Positions 1-8,947 of a DNA stretch of 64,000 bases are shown here, piece after piece. The first letter of the stretch is position 1, and each line of letters starts with the position of its first letter. Below the pieces are notes generated by a model that made no database searches, was not told the origin of the DNA, and saw only the letters and a list, made by a program, of their open reading frames with translations. The stretch comes from Eubacteriales bacterium. Lineage in GTDB: Bacteria; Bacillota; Clostridia; Lachnospirales; Lachnospiraceae. Location: positions 18,402 to 82,401 of the forward strand of contig JAUNNP010000001.1 of the NCBI GenBank assembly GCA_030531385.1, written 5' to 3'. Made by a program: the position numbers and the translations under genes.

Positions 1-574
1 TAGCGCGGCACTCTGCAGGAACCATACGCATCTCGCCTGATGGAAGTCTAAGTGTGGCATACTTGCCTTCCTTAGCCATAAGCTGAGCTGAGTTTCCGGC
101 TGAACGAACCATCTGTCCGCCCTTGCCCGGAAGGAGCTCAATGTTGTGAATGCTGGTACCTACAGGAATCTGGCTAAGCGGAAGGCAGTTGCCTACTCTT
201 GCCTCAGCCTCAGGTCCGTTCATAACAGTCATACCGTCTGTAAGTCCTGCGGGAGCAAGGATGTATGACTTTGTTCCGTCTGCATAGCAGATAAGAGCAA
301 TGTTTGCTGTTCTGTTTGGATCGTACTCGATGCCGATTACCTTTGCAGGAATTCCGTCCTTACCGTTTCTCTTGAAATCGATGATTCTGTACTTCTGTCT
401 GTTTCCGCCGCCGTGATGTCTAACGGTGATCTTGCCTGTGTTATTACGTCCGGCTGTCTTCTTCTTGCCGGCAAGAAGTGATCTCTCCGGTGTCTTCTTT
501 GTGATCTCAGCGAAATCAGAACCGGTCATCTGTCTTCTTGAAGGTGTATAAGGTTTGTATGTCTTAATACCCAT
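1..574 (-). CDS. rplB: 50S ribosomal protein L2, N-terminal ~191 codons (3' end lies beyond the window start)
   Basis: Not in the ORF track because it is truncated. Reverse translation from the ATG at 572-574 reads [25 protein letters not shown]..., then ...[29 protein letters not shown] (L2 signature). It lies directly downstream of rplW, as in S10 operons. Confidence 0.93.
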   Translation of the reverse strand, partial: MGIKTYKPYTPSRRQMTGSDFAEITKKTPERSLLAGKKKTAGRNNTGKITVRHHGGGNRQKYRIIDFKRNGKDGIPAKVIGIEYDPNRTANIALICYADGTKSYILAPAGLTDGMTVMNGPEAEARVGNCLPLSQIPVGTSIHNIELLPGKGGQMVRSAGNSAQLMAKEGKYATLRLPSGEMRMVPAECRA

Positions 575-631
575 GACTAAATCTTTTCTCCTTTATCTTT
601 TTTGTCGCAGTTTTGTTCTGCATAATCTGCA

Positions 632-931
632 TTAGAGACCCTGGTAGATCTGGATAGCCTCAGAATCCTTTGTAAGTGTTACAATGGCCTTCTTTGACTT
701 TGCGGTCATGCCAAGTACCATGCCGCGTCTCTTCTGCTTGCCCGGCTTGTTCATTGTGTTGACTGACTCAACCTTTGTGCCCGGGAACATCTTCTCAACA
801 GCTTCCTTGATCTGTGTCTTTGTTGCGTTTGGAGCAACGAGGAAGGTGTACTTATTCTCTGTCATTGCGTTCATTGATGCCTCTGAAACAACAGGCTTCA
901 ATATAACGTCATAATACTGTACAGCTGCCAT
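632..931 (-). CDS. rplW: 50S ribosomal protein L23
   Basis: 99 aa, MAAVQYYDVILKPVVSEASM..., L23 family. The start overlaps the rplD stop (TAATG at 929-933). Confidence 0.95.
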   Translation of the reverse strand: MAAVQYYDVILKPVVSEASMNAMTENKYTFLVAPNATKTQIKEAVEKMFPGTKVESVNTMNKPGKQKRRGMVLGMTAKSKKAIVTLTKDSEAIQIYQGL

Positions 932-1551
932 TATGCATATACCTCCTCAATATTTGAAACTGCCTTCTTTGTTGCAACTACTGTGTCGTACTTCATTACA
1001 TCATATGTATTAAGTGTTCCAACCTGTGTTGTCTTTACTGAAGGAATGTTCTTTGCTGATGCGATAACTGTCTTATCGACCTCGTCAAGAATAACGAGTG
1101 CCTTGCTTACCTTAAGTGCATCAAGGACCTTAGCCATCTCCTTTGTCTTGATCTCAGCAAGCTTAAGCTCGTCAAGAACGATGAACTTGTTGTCCTGAAC
1201 ACGGCTTGTGAGTGCTGACTTAAGAGCTGCTCTCTTTTCCTTCTTATTCATTGATACTGAGTAATCTCTCGGTACCGGGGCGAATACTACTCCGCCGCCC
1301 TTCCACTGCGGTGATCTTGATGAACCCTGTCTTGCGTGACCGGTTCCCTTCTGTCTCCATGGCTTCTTTCCGCCGCCTGAAACTTCAGATCTTGTCTTAG
1401 CCTTCTGTGTTCCCTGACGCATATTTGCAAGATGTGCAACTACTGCCTCGTGAACAAGGTTCTCATTAACCTCTACGCCGAATACTGCGTCATTAAGCTC
1501 AAGCTTGCCGACCTCAGCGCCCTGCATGTTGTATACTGATACATTTGCCAT
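931..1551 (-). CDS. rplD: 50S ribosomal protein L4
   Basis: 206 aa with GGGKKPWRQKGTGHARQGS, typical of L4. Operon position between rplC and rplW. Confidence 0.95.
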   Translation of the reverse strand: MANVSVYNMQGAEVGKLELNDAVFGVEVNENLVHEAVVAHLANMRQGTQKAKTRSEVSGGGKKPWRQKGTGHARQGSSRSPQWKGGGVVFAPVPRDYSVSMNKKEKRAALKSALTSRVQDNKFIVLDELKLAEIKTKEMAKVLDALKVSKALVILDEVDKTVIASAKNIPSVKTTQVGTLNTYDVMKYDTVVATKKAVSNIEEVYA

Positions 1552-1579
1552 TGTTTAGTCCTCCTTTCTCTCCATCAAA

Positions 1580-2215
1580 TTACTTTGATACTTTTACAGT
1601 CTCTTTGATGGTTATAAGGGACTTCTTTGGTCCCGGAACAGAACCCTTAACCAACAGCAGATTGTTCTCAACATCAACTCTTACGATCTCAAGGTTCTCA
1701 ATAGTTCTCTGAACTGAACCCATGTGACCCGGCATTCCCTTACCAGGTGTAACACGACCCGGAGTAGTAGCCGGTCCGTTTGAACCCTGATGTCTGTGGA
1801 ACTTTGAACCGTGCTTCATAGGTCCTCTGTGCTGACCAAGTCTCTTGATAGCACCCTGGAAGCCTTTACCCTTTGTAATAGCGGTAGCATCTACCTTATC
1901 GCCTACTGCAAAGATGTCAGCTTTGATCTCATCCTTTACCTTGTAATCTGACGCATTCTCAAATCTGAACTCTCTGAGATATCTCTTGACCGGAACACCG
2001 GCCTTGTCAAACACGCCCTTTACCGGCTTGTTTACAAGCTTCTCTCTGATGTCTGAGAAACCAACCTGTACTGCATCGTAGCCATCAGTCTCAGCTGTCT
2101 TTACCTGGGTAACTACGCATGGACCTGCAAGCAATACAGTTACAGGAATGAGCATACCGTTCTCATCGAAGATCTGTGTCATTCCTACCTTAGTAGCAAG
2201 AATTGCTTTTTTCAT
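1580..2215 (-). CDS. rplC: 50S ribosomal protein L3
   Basis: 211 aa with [22 protein letters not shown], typical of L3. GGAGGA Shine-Dalgarno (SD) sequence upstream. Confidence 0.95.
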   Translation of the reverse strand: MKKAILATKVGMTQIFDENGMLIPVTVLLAGPCVVTQVKTAETDGYDAVQVGFSDIREKLVNKPVKGVFDKAGVPVKRYLREFRFENASDYKVKDEIKADIFAVGDKVDATAITKGKGFQGAIKRLGQHRGPMKHGSKFHRHQGSNGPATTPGRVTPGKGMPGHMGSVQRTIENLEIVRVDVENNLLLVKGSVPGPKKSLITIKETVKVSK

Positions 2216-2350
2216 CTTTTGTCCTCCTTAAATAATCTACAGCGGAATACCTCGCGGTATTCATGAAAGACCAGCGCATCGCTCATCTGAGTGATGAAAG
2301 GTACTTTCTTTCTTAAAATTAATTGTGCGGATTCCCACCGCCCCGGCTGA

Positions 2351-2791
2351 TCAGCCTTCGGTCTTCTCTTCGGCAGCCTTTGCTGCAGGCTTCTTAGCTG
2401 CAGGCTTTCTTGCCGGTGCCTTCTTTGCAGCAGGCTTTGTTACGAGCTGCTTTCTTGGTGCACTCTTCTTCTCGCCCTCTGTCTTCATCTGAACATCGAT
2501 GTAAACACCTGCAGGCATATCGAGTCTCTGAAGTGTATCCATTGTCTTTGGACCCGGATTTACAACATCGATAAGTCTCTTGTGTGTTCTCTGTTCAAAC
2601 TGCTCACGGCTGTCCTTATACTTGTGAACAGCGCGAAGGATAGTAACGATCTCCTTCTTTGTCGGAAGCGGAACCGGTCCGCTGACCTCTGAGCCTGTCT
2701 TCTTGCAGCTCTCAACGATCTTTGCAGCTGACTGATCTACCAGCTGGTGATCATACGCCTTGAGAGTGATCCTCATAATCTGTTTTGCCAT
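2351..2791 (-). CDS. rpsJ: 30S ribosomal protein S10 with a 44-aa Lys/Ala/Pro-rich C-terminal extension
   Basis: Residues 1-102 are canonical S10 ([15 protein letters not shown]...[22 protein letters not shown]...[10 protein letters not shown]). They are followed in frame by [44 protein letters not shown]. Confidence 0.93.
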   Translation of the reverse strand: MAKQIMRITLKAYDHQLVDQSAAKIVESCKKTGSEVSGPVPLPTKKEIVTILRAVHKYKDSREQFEQRTHKRLIDVVNPGPKTMDTLQRLDMPAGVYIDVQMKTEGEKKSAPRKQLVTKPAAKKAPARKPAAKKPAAKAAEEKTEG

Positions 2792-2985
2792 AAAAAAAGT
2801 CGCCTCCTATTCGTACTTTTAAAAGCAGTACGACAAGTGGTGACTGTACACTTTGTCGGGTGTGTCGCGTTTGACCGCATCCTCCACCCCGCTTTCCGGA
2901 CCTATTTCCGGAGCTAAGTTTCGGTACAGTGACTTGTCGCCAATTACATGACTTGACATTCGCTCCCCATAAAAACCTGCATATA
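2792..2985 (-). promoter_or_regulatory. Long structured 5' leader of the S10 operon (possible r-protein autoregulatory leader)
   Basis: About 190 nt lie between a weak candidate promoter (TTGCTG at 3004-3009, 18-nt spacer, TATATG at 2980-2985, minus strand) and the rpsJ ATG. A long-range inverted repeat (2831-2849, CGACAAGTGGTGACTGTAC, with 2924-2939, GTACAGTGACTTGTCG) encloses a TCCGGA/TCCGGA hairpin (2896-2913). A further hairpin, CGTACT...AGTACG, sits just before the GGAGG SD. Confidence 0.3.
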
Positions 2986-3047
2986 CTTATGATTTTGCAT
3001 CTGCAGCAACCTTATGGATCTACGCTATCAATTCACAGCGTGCCTAG

Positions 3048-3083
3048 AATAACACAAAAGCGCCTGCCAATGCAAGCGCTTTT
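3048..3083 (-). terminator. Rho-independent terminator downstream of the cell-wall-binding-repeat gene
   Basis: Stem AAAAGCGC (3056-3063) pairs with GCGCTTTT (3076-3083) around a 12-nt loop. On the minus strand the hairpin is followed by TTTTGTGTT. Confidence 0.6.
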
Positions 3084-3137
3084 ATTCCCGAATTGTTTAA
3101 TTTTTGTATTTTTTTTTGAGCAATATTGCTCTGAAGC

Positions 3138-4505
3138 TTATGAGATATCTGTTGTGTTGAACTGTGGAGCAAGAAGCTCTTCCGCGTCAGATGTTCCGCC
3201 GTCTTTGATACCGGCTGAATTTGATCTGTAATCGACCTCTCCCGGATCTTTCTTTGAGTTGTGGTTCTTTACCACTGCACCGCTCTTGTTTACAAGATAG
3301 GTAGTTCCGTTTACAGTGTAATAAGCGTATGTATTATCTATGGCCTTCTGAAGCTTGCCCATGTAATAGAGCTTTCCGTTCTTCACTCCGTTGGTTCCAT
3401 ATCCGTTTGTCTCATAATGATATGGCCACTTGGTTCCGTCAGCCTCGGTTATGCTGGTCTCTCCAAGCTGGAGGCAGGACTGCTCCTTTGTACCGAAGTA
3501 CATGCTGGTCTGTGTTCCGTCTGTCCTCTGCACCTTTCTGAGTCCGTAAACCGGATTGCCGTACTGGTTGAACAGGAATGTGTAGGTCTTACCGTTCTTT
3601 GTTATTCTCTTCAGCTTGACAAGAAGTGTCTCGTCATCATCGCTTGTTGAAACATCGCTTCCGCAATATGGAGTTCCCTTTGTATCAAAGTAGTACCATG
3701 CCACTTCGCTTCCAAGGCTTGCGGTACCATCTGTCTCAGGAGGCATTACCGAAAGCCAGCCTGTGTGGGCTGCTCCGAAAGGTCCGATAGAGGTATCATC
3801 ATTGTAATACTTATAGCCTGCGATCTCCGGAGTTGTATCATTAAGCTTTACCCAGCCTGTCATCATGCGGCCGTAGGTATCGAAAGCATAGCGGTTTCCG
3901 CTTATGGTATATTCCTTATAAGTGCTGTTGGTTGCTGTATATATCTTTCCGGTCGACTGGAAATAGAACCAGTAGGAACCATCGCTGCTTCTTGAAAATA
4001 CATCTGAGGTGCTGTCATCGATATTCATCGCATCAGGCGGAACGAGGTTCTTCCATGTGCTTGTATAGCTGTGTCCGTCAGACAGATCGCAGTAATACCA
4101 GTTGCCCTGGCTGTCCTGTACCCATCCTGTAGCCATAGCGCCCATATCATCAAAGAAGTAATAAACTCCGTTTATCTGCTTTGACTTATCCTTTACGATC
4201 TTGCCGCTCTGATCAAAATAATACCATTTTGAATCGATCTGTCTCCAGCTGGCTGCGACCATGCGTCCATCAGAGCCTACATATCTCTCATCGTCAACAA
4301 AAGTGTTGGTGGCCATATATCCGCTTGAGTCAAGATAATAATATCCCCCGTCACTGCTGGTCTTCCATTCATTTGTAACTCTGCTGCCGTTCTGATAGTA
4401 GACCCAGTTGTTATTCTCAACAGTCCAGCCATCAGCAAACGCTGCAATTGTCATTGCCGCACTCAGTGCAGCTGCCGTAAGGGCGATCTTAAACAGCTTC
4501 CTCAT
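3138..4505 (-). CDS. Secreted cell-wall-binding repeat protein (choline-binding/CW_binding-type GW/YY repeats); no catalytic domain recognised
   Basis: 455 aa. Signal peptide MRKLFKIALTAAALSAAMTIAAFA. Contains more than 10 degenerate ~20-aa repeats of the type GW(V/T)..(N/G).WYY(F/L)D..G.M.TG (for example GWVQDSQGNWYYCD, WYYFDQSGKIVKD, YYYLDSSGYMATN). Confidence 0.8.
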   Translation of the reverse strand: MRKLFKIALTAAALSAAMTIAAFADGWTVENNNWVYYQNGSRVTNEWKTSSDGGYYYLDSSGYMATNTFVDDERYVGSDGRMVAASWRQIDSKWYYFDQSGKIVKDKSKQINGVYYFFDDMGAMATGWVQDSQGNWYYCDLSDGHSYTSTWKNLVPPDAMNIDDSTSDVFSRSSDGSYWFYFQSTGKIYTATNSTYKEYTISGNRYAFDTYGRMMTGWVKLNDTTPEIAGYKYYNDDTSIGPFGAAHTGWLSVMPPETDGTASLGSEVAWYYFDTKGTPYCGSDVSTSDDDETLLVKLKRITKNGKTYTFLFNQYGNPVYGLRKVQRTDGTQTSMYFGTKEQSCLQLGETSITEADGTKWPYHYETNGYGTNGVKNGKLYYMGKLQKAIDNTYAYYTVNGTTYLVNKSGAVVKNHNSKKDPGEVDYRSNSAGIKDGGTSDAEELLAPQFNTTDIS

Positions 4506-4567
4506 ATGTACACTCCGTAATAAGGTGAAAATTGATCAGAAACCACAAGTAGTCCGATATATTATGA

Positions 4568-4596
4568 AGTATAACAACAATATTTTGTGGAAACAA
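4568..4596 (-). promoter_or_regulatory. Candidate sigma-A promoter for the cell-wall-binding-repeat gene
   Basis: Minus strand: TTGTTT (4591-4596), 17-nt spacer, TATACT (4568-4573). Confidence 0.35.
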
Positions 4597-4617
4597 TATA
4601 CAAATGCTTTCTAAATA

Positions 4618-4647
4618 TTTACGAAAATCTTAGTGTTGTGCTAGAAT
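4618..4647 (+). promoter_or_regulatory. Candidate sigma-A promoter for the methyltransferase gene
   Basis: TTTACG (4618-4623), 18-nt spacer, TAGAAT (4642-4647). The -10 element overlaps the first ATG of the tracked ORF, which argues for the downstream start at 4679. Confidence 0.4.
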
Positions 4648-4678
4648 GTTTCAAGAATTTTATTTAGGAGACTTAAAA

Positions 4679-5596
4679 ATGTGGACTGCAGGCAATTGGA
4701 ATGAATATAAAGTACTGGATGCTTCCGATGGTGAAAAGCTGGAAAGCTGGGCCGGCTATCAGCTCATAAGACCCGACCCGCAGGTGATCTGGTCCTCGCC
4801 CCGTAATTTGCGCGGCTGGAGAAAGCCCAATGCCCATTATCACCGGTCACAAAAAGGCGGCGGAGAGTGGGAATTCTTCGACCTTCCCGAGACCTGGAAG
4901 CTTGGCTACACCCTCGGGCAGAACGATGCAGGCATTCCTTCTTATAATATATGCTTTCATTTAAAGCCCTTTGCATTTAAGCACACCGGCGTATTTCCCG
5001 AGCAGGCCGCAAACTGGGACTGGAGCTATAAGCTTATTAAGGAAAGAACGGGCAATGCTGACGGACGCCCGGTCAAAGTGCTGAATCTGTTTGCTTACAC
5101 AGGCGGAGCTACTCTTGCAGCTGCAGCAGCCGGCGCCGAAGTCACCCATGTCGATGCCGCAAAGGGCATGGTCAGCTGGGCTAAGGAGAATGCTGTCTCA
5201 TCGGGTCTTGAGAATGCGCGCATACGCTGGCTTGTTGATGACTGCAGAAAATTTGTCGAGCGGGAAATAAGACGCGGAAATAAATACGATGCCATAATCA
5301 TGGACCCGCCGTCCTACGGCAGAGGTCCAAAGGGCGAGATATGGAAAATAGAGGAGAGTATCTATCCCTTTGTTGAGCTTTGTTCAGAGATACTGTCTGA
5401 TGATCCTCTCTTCTTTCTTATCAACAGCTATACGACCGGACTTCAGGCCGGCGTGCTTAAATATATGCTGGATCTCGCCATTACCTCTAAGTTTGGAGGA
5501 AGCTCTGCCGCGGATGAGCTCGGTCTCCCCATAGCGGATTCCGGTTTCGTGCTTCCTGCGGGAGCCTCCGGACGCTGGACCTTTGACCGGGTCTGA
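4679..5596 (+). CDS. Class I SAM-dependent methyltransferase (RlmI/RlmK catalytic-domain family, no PUA domain)
   Basis: The tracked ORF starts at 4646, but the ATG at 4679 has an AGGAG SD 8 nt upstream. Motifs: LNLFAYTGGATLAAAAAGA (SAM-binding loop) and DAIIMDPPSYGRG (DPP motif). Confidence 0.8.
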   Translation: MWTAGNWNEYKVLDASDGEKLESWAGYQLIRPDPQVIWSSPRNLRGWRKPNAHYHRSQKGGGEWEFFDLPETWKLGYTLGQNDAGIPSYNICFHLKPFAFKHTGVFPEQAANWDWSYKLIKERTGNADGRPVKVLNLFAYTGGATLAAAAAGAEVTHVDAAKGMVSWAKENAVSSGLENARIRWLVDDCRKFVEREIRRGNKYDAIIMDPPSYGRGPKGEIWKIEESIYPFVELCSEILSDDPLFFLINSYTTGLQAGVLKYMLDLAITSKFGGSSAADELGLPIADSGFVLPAGASGRWTFDRV

Positions 5597-5622
5597 ATAC
5601 CGGGCCGCTCGCCGGACCTGAA

Positions 5623-5655
5623 GGCCGGTTTTAAAGCCGGTCCTTATATATTTCT
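5623..5655 (+). terminator. Possible terminator after the methyltransferase gene
   Basis: GGCCGG (5623-5628) pairs with CCGGTC (5637-5642), including one G-U pair, around an 8-nt loop. It is followed by the T-rich stretch TTATATATTTCTT. Weak. Confidence 0.35.
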
Positions 5656-5659
5656 TCAG

Positions 5660-6742
5660 TCAGCCTCGTCCTCCCGTAAGGAAAGAGTATGGTCCGGGCA
5701 CATATTTTTTCATAAGCTCTGCTGCCGCGGCTCCAAGCGCAATGCAAAGAAGCGGCATCAGTATATACAGTACAGCGCCGGCTTCGTCCGGCACCTTGCC
5801 TCCAAAGGCAGCATTTGCAGCCATTCTAAAGAAGCGGATCTCAAGATAGTGTATGGCATAAATAAAGAAATTGCACTTTGTAAATGCCGGAAGCCTTATG
5901 ACTTTTCTGCTGTCGCCATCGCCCTCAAGCTCATCTATTATGATACCGGAAAGCGCGAAAAGAGCGAGAGTTCCGCTTATCCTTCCTCCTATTATCCCAT
6001 ACATATACCATTTTATGCTTCCGCCCATATAGATGCCCTCACATATTACGAAGGCTATGAGTCCGACAGCGAAGAGCCACTTTTGAGCTTCTTTGCTGTT
6101 TTCTTTTTCCTTAAGGTGAATGCTGAGAGCCGCCCCGCTCATGTAGTAAAAGAGCGCATCCTCATTTACCGGATGGAAAGGGAGCTTTACATAGTATACC
6201 GCTGCCAGGAAGATCAGAAGGAGCGACAGCACTGCCGCCCTGCGGTCCTTAAGCACGATATATATCAGCGGAGCCGCTATGGTTATCAGTATAAGCTCAT
6301 GAAGATACCAGAATACGGGGTTGAATTTATAGTAAACTATAGCAGCCAGAAAGTTCTCTGTGTCTAAAGCTGTTTTTCCAAATAAGATATATATCAGGTA
6401 ATAGAGCGTGTTCCATATCACATATGGTATAAGAATGCTCCTTATTCGGCTCTTCCACTTTGATATAAAGAAATCCCTAAGGCCGCTGTTCTCTGCTCTT
6501 TCGCCTTCAGCATTTGCCGGAATACTCCTGAAAAACAGATATCCGCTCATACAAAAGAACCCCGGGACAGCAAGCTGCCCGAGGCGTGAACCAAGTATCT
6601 CCCGGACAGCTGTATCCATGCCTGAAAGGTTATCCATTCCGGCCTGAAAGCCGGGATCAACAGCATGGATCCAGATGACCAGAACCGTTAATATAAAGCT
6701 GTATAAAGAAATTTTAGTGTTGAAGCTGTTATTTTGCTGCAT
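5660..6742 (-). CDS. Integral-membrane acyltransferase (acyltransferase family 3)
   Basis: 360 aa with about 10 predicted TM helices. The N-terminal segment ...YSFILTVLVIWIHAV... (conserved His) is typical of Acyl_transf_3 O-acyltransferases. Overlaps the prs stop by 14 nt. Confidence 0.7.
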   Translation of the reverse strand: MQQNNSFNTKISLYSFILTVLVIWIHAVDPGFQAGMDNLSGMDTAVREILGSRLGQLAVPGFFCMSGYLFFRSIPANAEGERAENSGLRDFFISKWKSRIRSILIPYVIWNTLYYLIYILFGKTALDTENFLAAIVYYKFNPVFWYLHELILITIAAPLIYIVLKDRRAAVLSLLLIFLAAVYYVKLPFHPVNEDALFYYMSGAALSIHLKEKENSKEAQKWLFAVGLIAFVICEGIYMGGSIKWYMYGIIGGRISGTLALFALSGIIIDELEGDGDSRKVIRLPAFTKCNFFIYAIHYLEIRFFRMAANAAFGGKVPDEAGAVLYILMPLLCIALGAAAAELMKKYVPGPYSFLTGGRG

Positions 6743-7940
6743 TTCTCTGTTCTTTATACCGGGCCAGTACCTTGTTTATACGATCTACCGGGTTAAGAAG
6801 ACTGCTTATTGAATAGTCATGGTTGAGATAATCTATCAGTAAAGCAAGGTATTTTCCAAGACGGACACTGGTGTACCACTCCCTCGAAAGAAGTTCCGGT
6901 GACTGATATACAAGATTGGTCGTGAATATTCTGTCTATTATTCCTTCTTCGTAAAGCTTATCGAACTTTTCAAGGCCCTCTGTGAAAAGGCCGAAGGTAA
7001 CGCATGCAAATACTCTTTTCGCGTTTCTTGCCTTAAGATTTTTAGCCACATCACATAAAGTATCGCCGGATGAGATCATGTCGTCAACGATAACAACATC
7101 CTTGCCTGCCACATCCGCGCCGAGGAACTCGCTGGCAACTATAGGATTTTGTCCGTTTACCTTTCTGGTATAGTCCTTTCTGTTGTAGAACATTCCCATA
7201 TCTGTTCCGACTACACTGGCACAATAGATCGCCCTGCGCATGCCATGTTCATCCGGGCTTACTACCATCAGATGATCGCTGTCAAAATCGATATCATCAT
7301 ACTCATGGCAGATAGCCTTTATATACTGATATGTAGGTGAAAGTGTATCGAAGCCGTGAAGCGGAATAGCATTCTGAACTCTTGGATCGTTGGCATCAAA
7401 GGTGATGATGTTGCTGACTCCCATGCTTACAAGCTCCTTCAGCATCTGCGCGCAGTCAAGGGACTCTCTTCCGTCTCTGTTATGGATCCTGCCCTCATAA
7501 AGGAAAGGCATGATGACTGTCATTCTCTTTGCACGTCCCGAAGAAGCCGCGATAAGTCTCTTAAGATCCTGGTAATGATCATCAGGTGAATAGTGATTTA
7601 TCTCGCTGCCGACCTTATATGTAATTGAATAGTTAGTAACATCGCAGAGGAAATAAAGGTCCGCGCCTCTGGTGGAATCGTGTATTACTCCCTTGCCTTC
7701 GCCTGATCCAAACCTCGGAGTTTCCGTATTAAGTACGAAGCTGTCCTTCTCATACCCCTTAAAAAGGATACTGTCATGCTCCTTTGAGCTTCTTTCCTTA
7801 CGCCAGTTAACAAGGAAATTATCGACCCGTCCCGCCAGGTCCTTCGTTCCCTTAAGCGCAATGATTCCGATAGGACCATAAGGCACCATTTCCTCTTCAA
7901 AATCACTGTTTGGTGTGTACTGCTCCTGATCAATATCCAT
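6729..7940 (-). CDS. prs: Ribose-phosphate diphosphokinase (PRPP synthetase), long form
   Basis: 403 aa. PRPP-binding loop VVIVDDMISSGDT, plus ...MTVIMPFLYEGR... and ...TFDANDPRVQNA.... About 90 aa longer than the classical 315-aa Prs. Confidence 0.85.
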   Translation of the reverse strand: MDIDQEQYTPNSDFEEEMVPYGPIGIIALKGTKDLAGRVDNFLVNWRKERSSKEHDSILFKGYEKDSFVLNTETPRFGSGEGKGVIHDSTRGADLYFLCDVTNYSITYKVGSEINHYSPDDHYQDLKRLIAASSGRAKRMTVIMPFLYEGRIHNRDGRESLDCAQMLKELVSMGVSNIITFDANDPRVQNAIPLHGFDTLSPTYQYIKAICHEYDDIDFDSDHLMVVSPDEHGMRRAIYCASVVGTDMGMFYNRKDYTRKVNGQNPIVASEFLGADVAGKDVVIVDDMISSGDTLCDVAKNLKARNAKRVFACVTFGLFTEGLEKFDKLYEEGIIDRIFTTNLVYQSPELLSREWYTSVRLGKYLALLIDYLNHDYSISSLLNPVDRINKVLARYKEQRNAAK

Positions 7941-8947
7941 TATCGCGATCCTCCTCTTTTTCTGACCCTGAGATCAGAACCATAAAGCGGCATTAATATA
8001 TATTCACCCATAAATCTCGAAGTAACTCTCTCCCCATAGATGGAGCTCAGCTGATTCAGAGATAGATTCGTTGATATTATAGTAGATAAGCCTGCCGAAA
8101 GTCTATTGGAAATTAAAGAAAAAAACTTAGCCTTGGAATAATCCGTCATGAATTCTGTCCCAAGATCATCTATTATAAGAAGCTCGCTTTTTTCAATGTG
8201 TTCAGCACGCCTCTCCGCCGACTCGGATCTGGTCTTTCCAAACATCATTCCGCTCATAAGCTCAAACATTTCTCCGGCTCTCTCATACACGACCGTATGC
8301 TGCCTGTCTATAAGTGCCTTTGCCATGCAGTTGCTTAAAAATGTTTTTCCGGTTCCGGGAGGTCCCATCATCAGAATGTTTTTCCCGCCGGATGTTCCAA
8401 ATTCGTCAATGAAATCGCGGACAATGCTCATGACATTTTCCGTCATGTACTCATACTGAGTGATTTTTCTCGGAAGAAGTTCTCTGATGATTTCTTCATC
8501 GTCAAATATGTATGGATCAAAGCTTGCGAAATTGTCTTTTTCAAATGCCGCGGGAAGACCTGACTGGCGGTTTATAAACTGTGACTCCAATTGCTTATAG
8601 CATCCGCATTTCTTATTTCCGATAAAGCCTGTATCCTTACATTCGCTGCAGGTATAAGGTATATCGAGATAATCCGCGCCAAAGCCCGCCTCTTCAAGAA
8701 GCCTTCTTGACCTGGCACCTAGCTCGGCTCTCTGCTTTTTTAATTTTGCGGGATCCTCATTGTTTCTGCCAAAGCCTGCCTCTATTTCCTTTGCGGCGAG
8801 CGCGGCGGCTTCCTCTTTATATACGCGAATAGCAGGAATCTGTTCTTCAACCTCTTCCTGCCTTCTGCTTTGTATCTTATATGCTGTGCTGCGCCGTGAA
8901 CTATATATATTCATCAGCTCGGTATATTGTTCTCTTGTAAGCGACAT
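7940..8947 (-). CDS. DnaI/DnaC-type replicative helicase loader ATPase
   Basis: Walker A MMGPPGTGKTF and Walker B LLIIDDLG. Upstream Cys cluster CSECKDTGFIGNKKCGCY, as in DnaI zinc modules. The tracked GTG start is at 8983, but the ATG at 8945-8947 forms TAATG with the stop of the upstream DnaD gene, which suggests translational coupling. Confidence 0.85.
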   Translation of the reverse strand: MSLTREQYTELMNIYSSRRSTAYKIQSRRQEEVEEQIPAIRVYKEEAAALAAKEIEAGFGRNNEDPAKLKKQRAELGARSRRLLEEAGFGADYLDIPYTCSECKDTGFIGNKKCGCYKQLESQFINRQSGLPAAFEKDNFASFDPYIFDDEEIIRELLPRKITQYEYMTENVMSIVRDFIDEFGTSGGKNILMMGPPGTGKTFLSNCMAKALIDRQHTVVYERAGEMFELMSGMMFGKTRSESAERRAEHIEKSELLIIDDLGTEFMTDYSKAKFFSLISNRLSAGLSTIISTNLSLNQLSSIYGERVTSRFMGEYILMPLYGSDLRVRKRGGSR

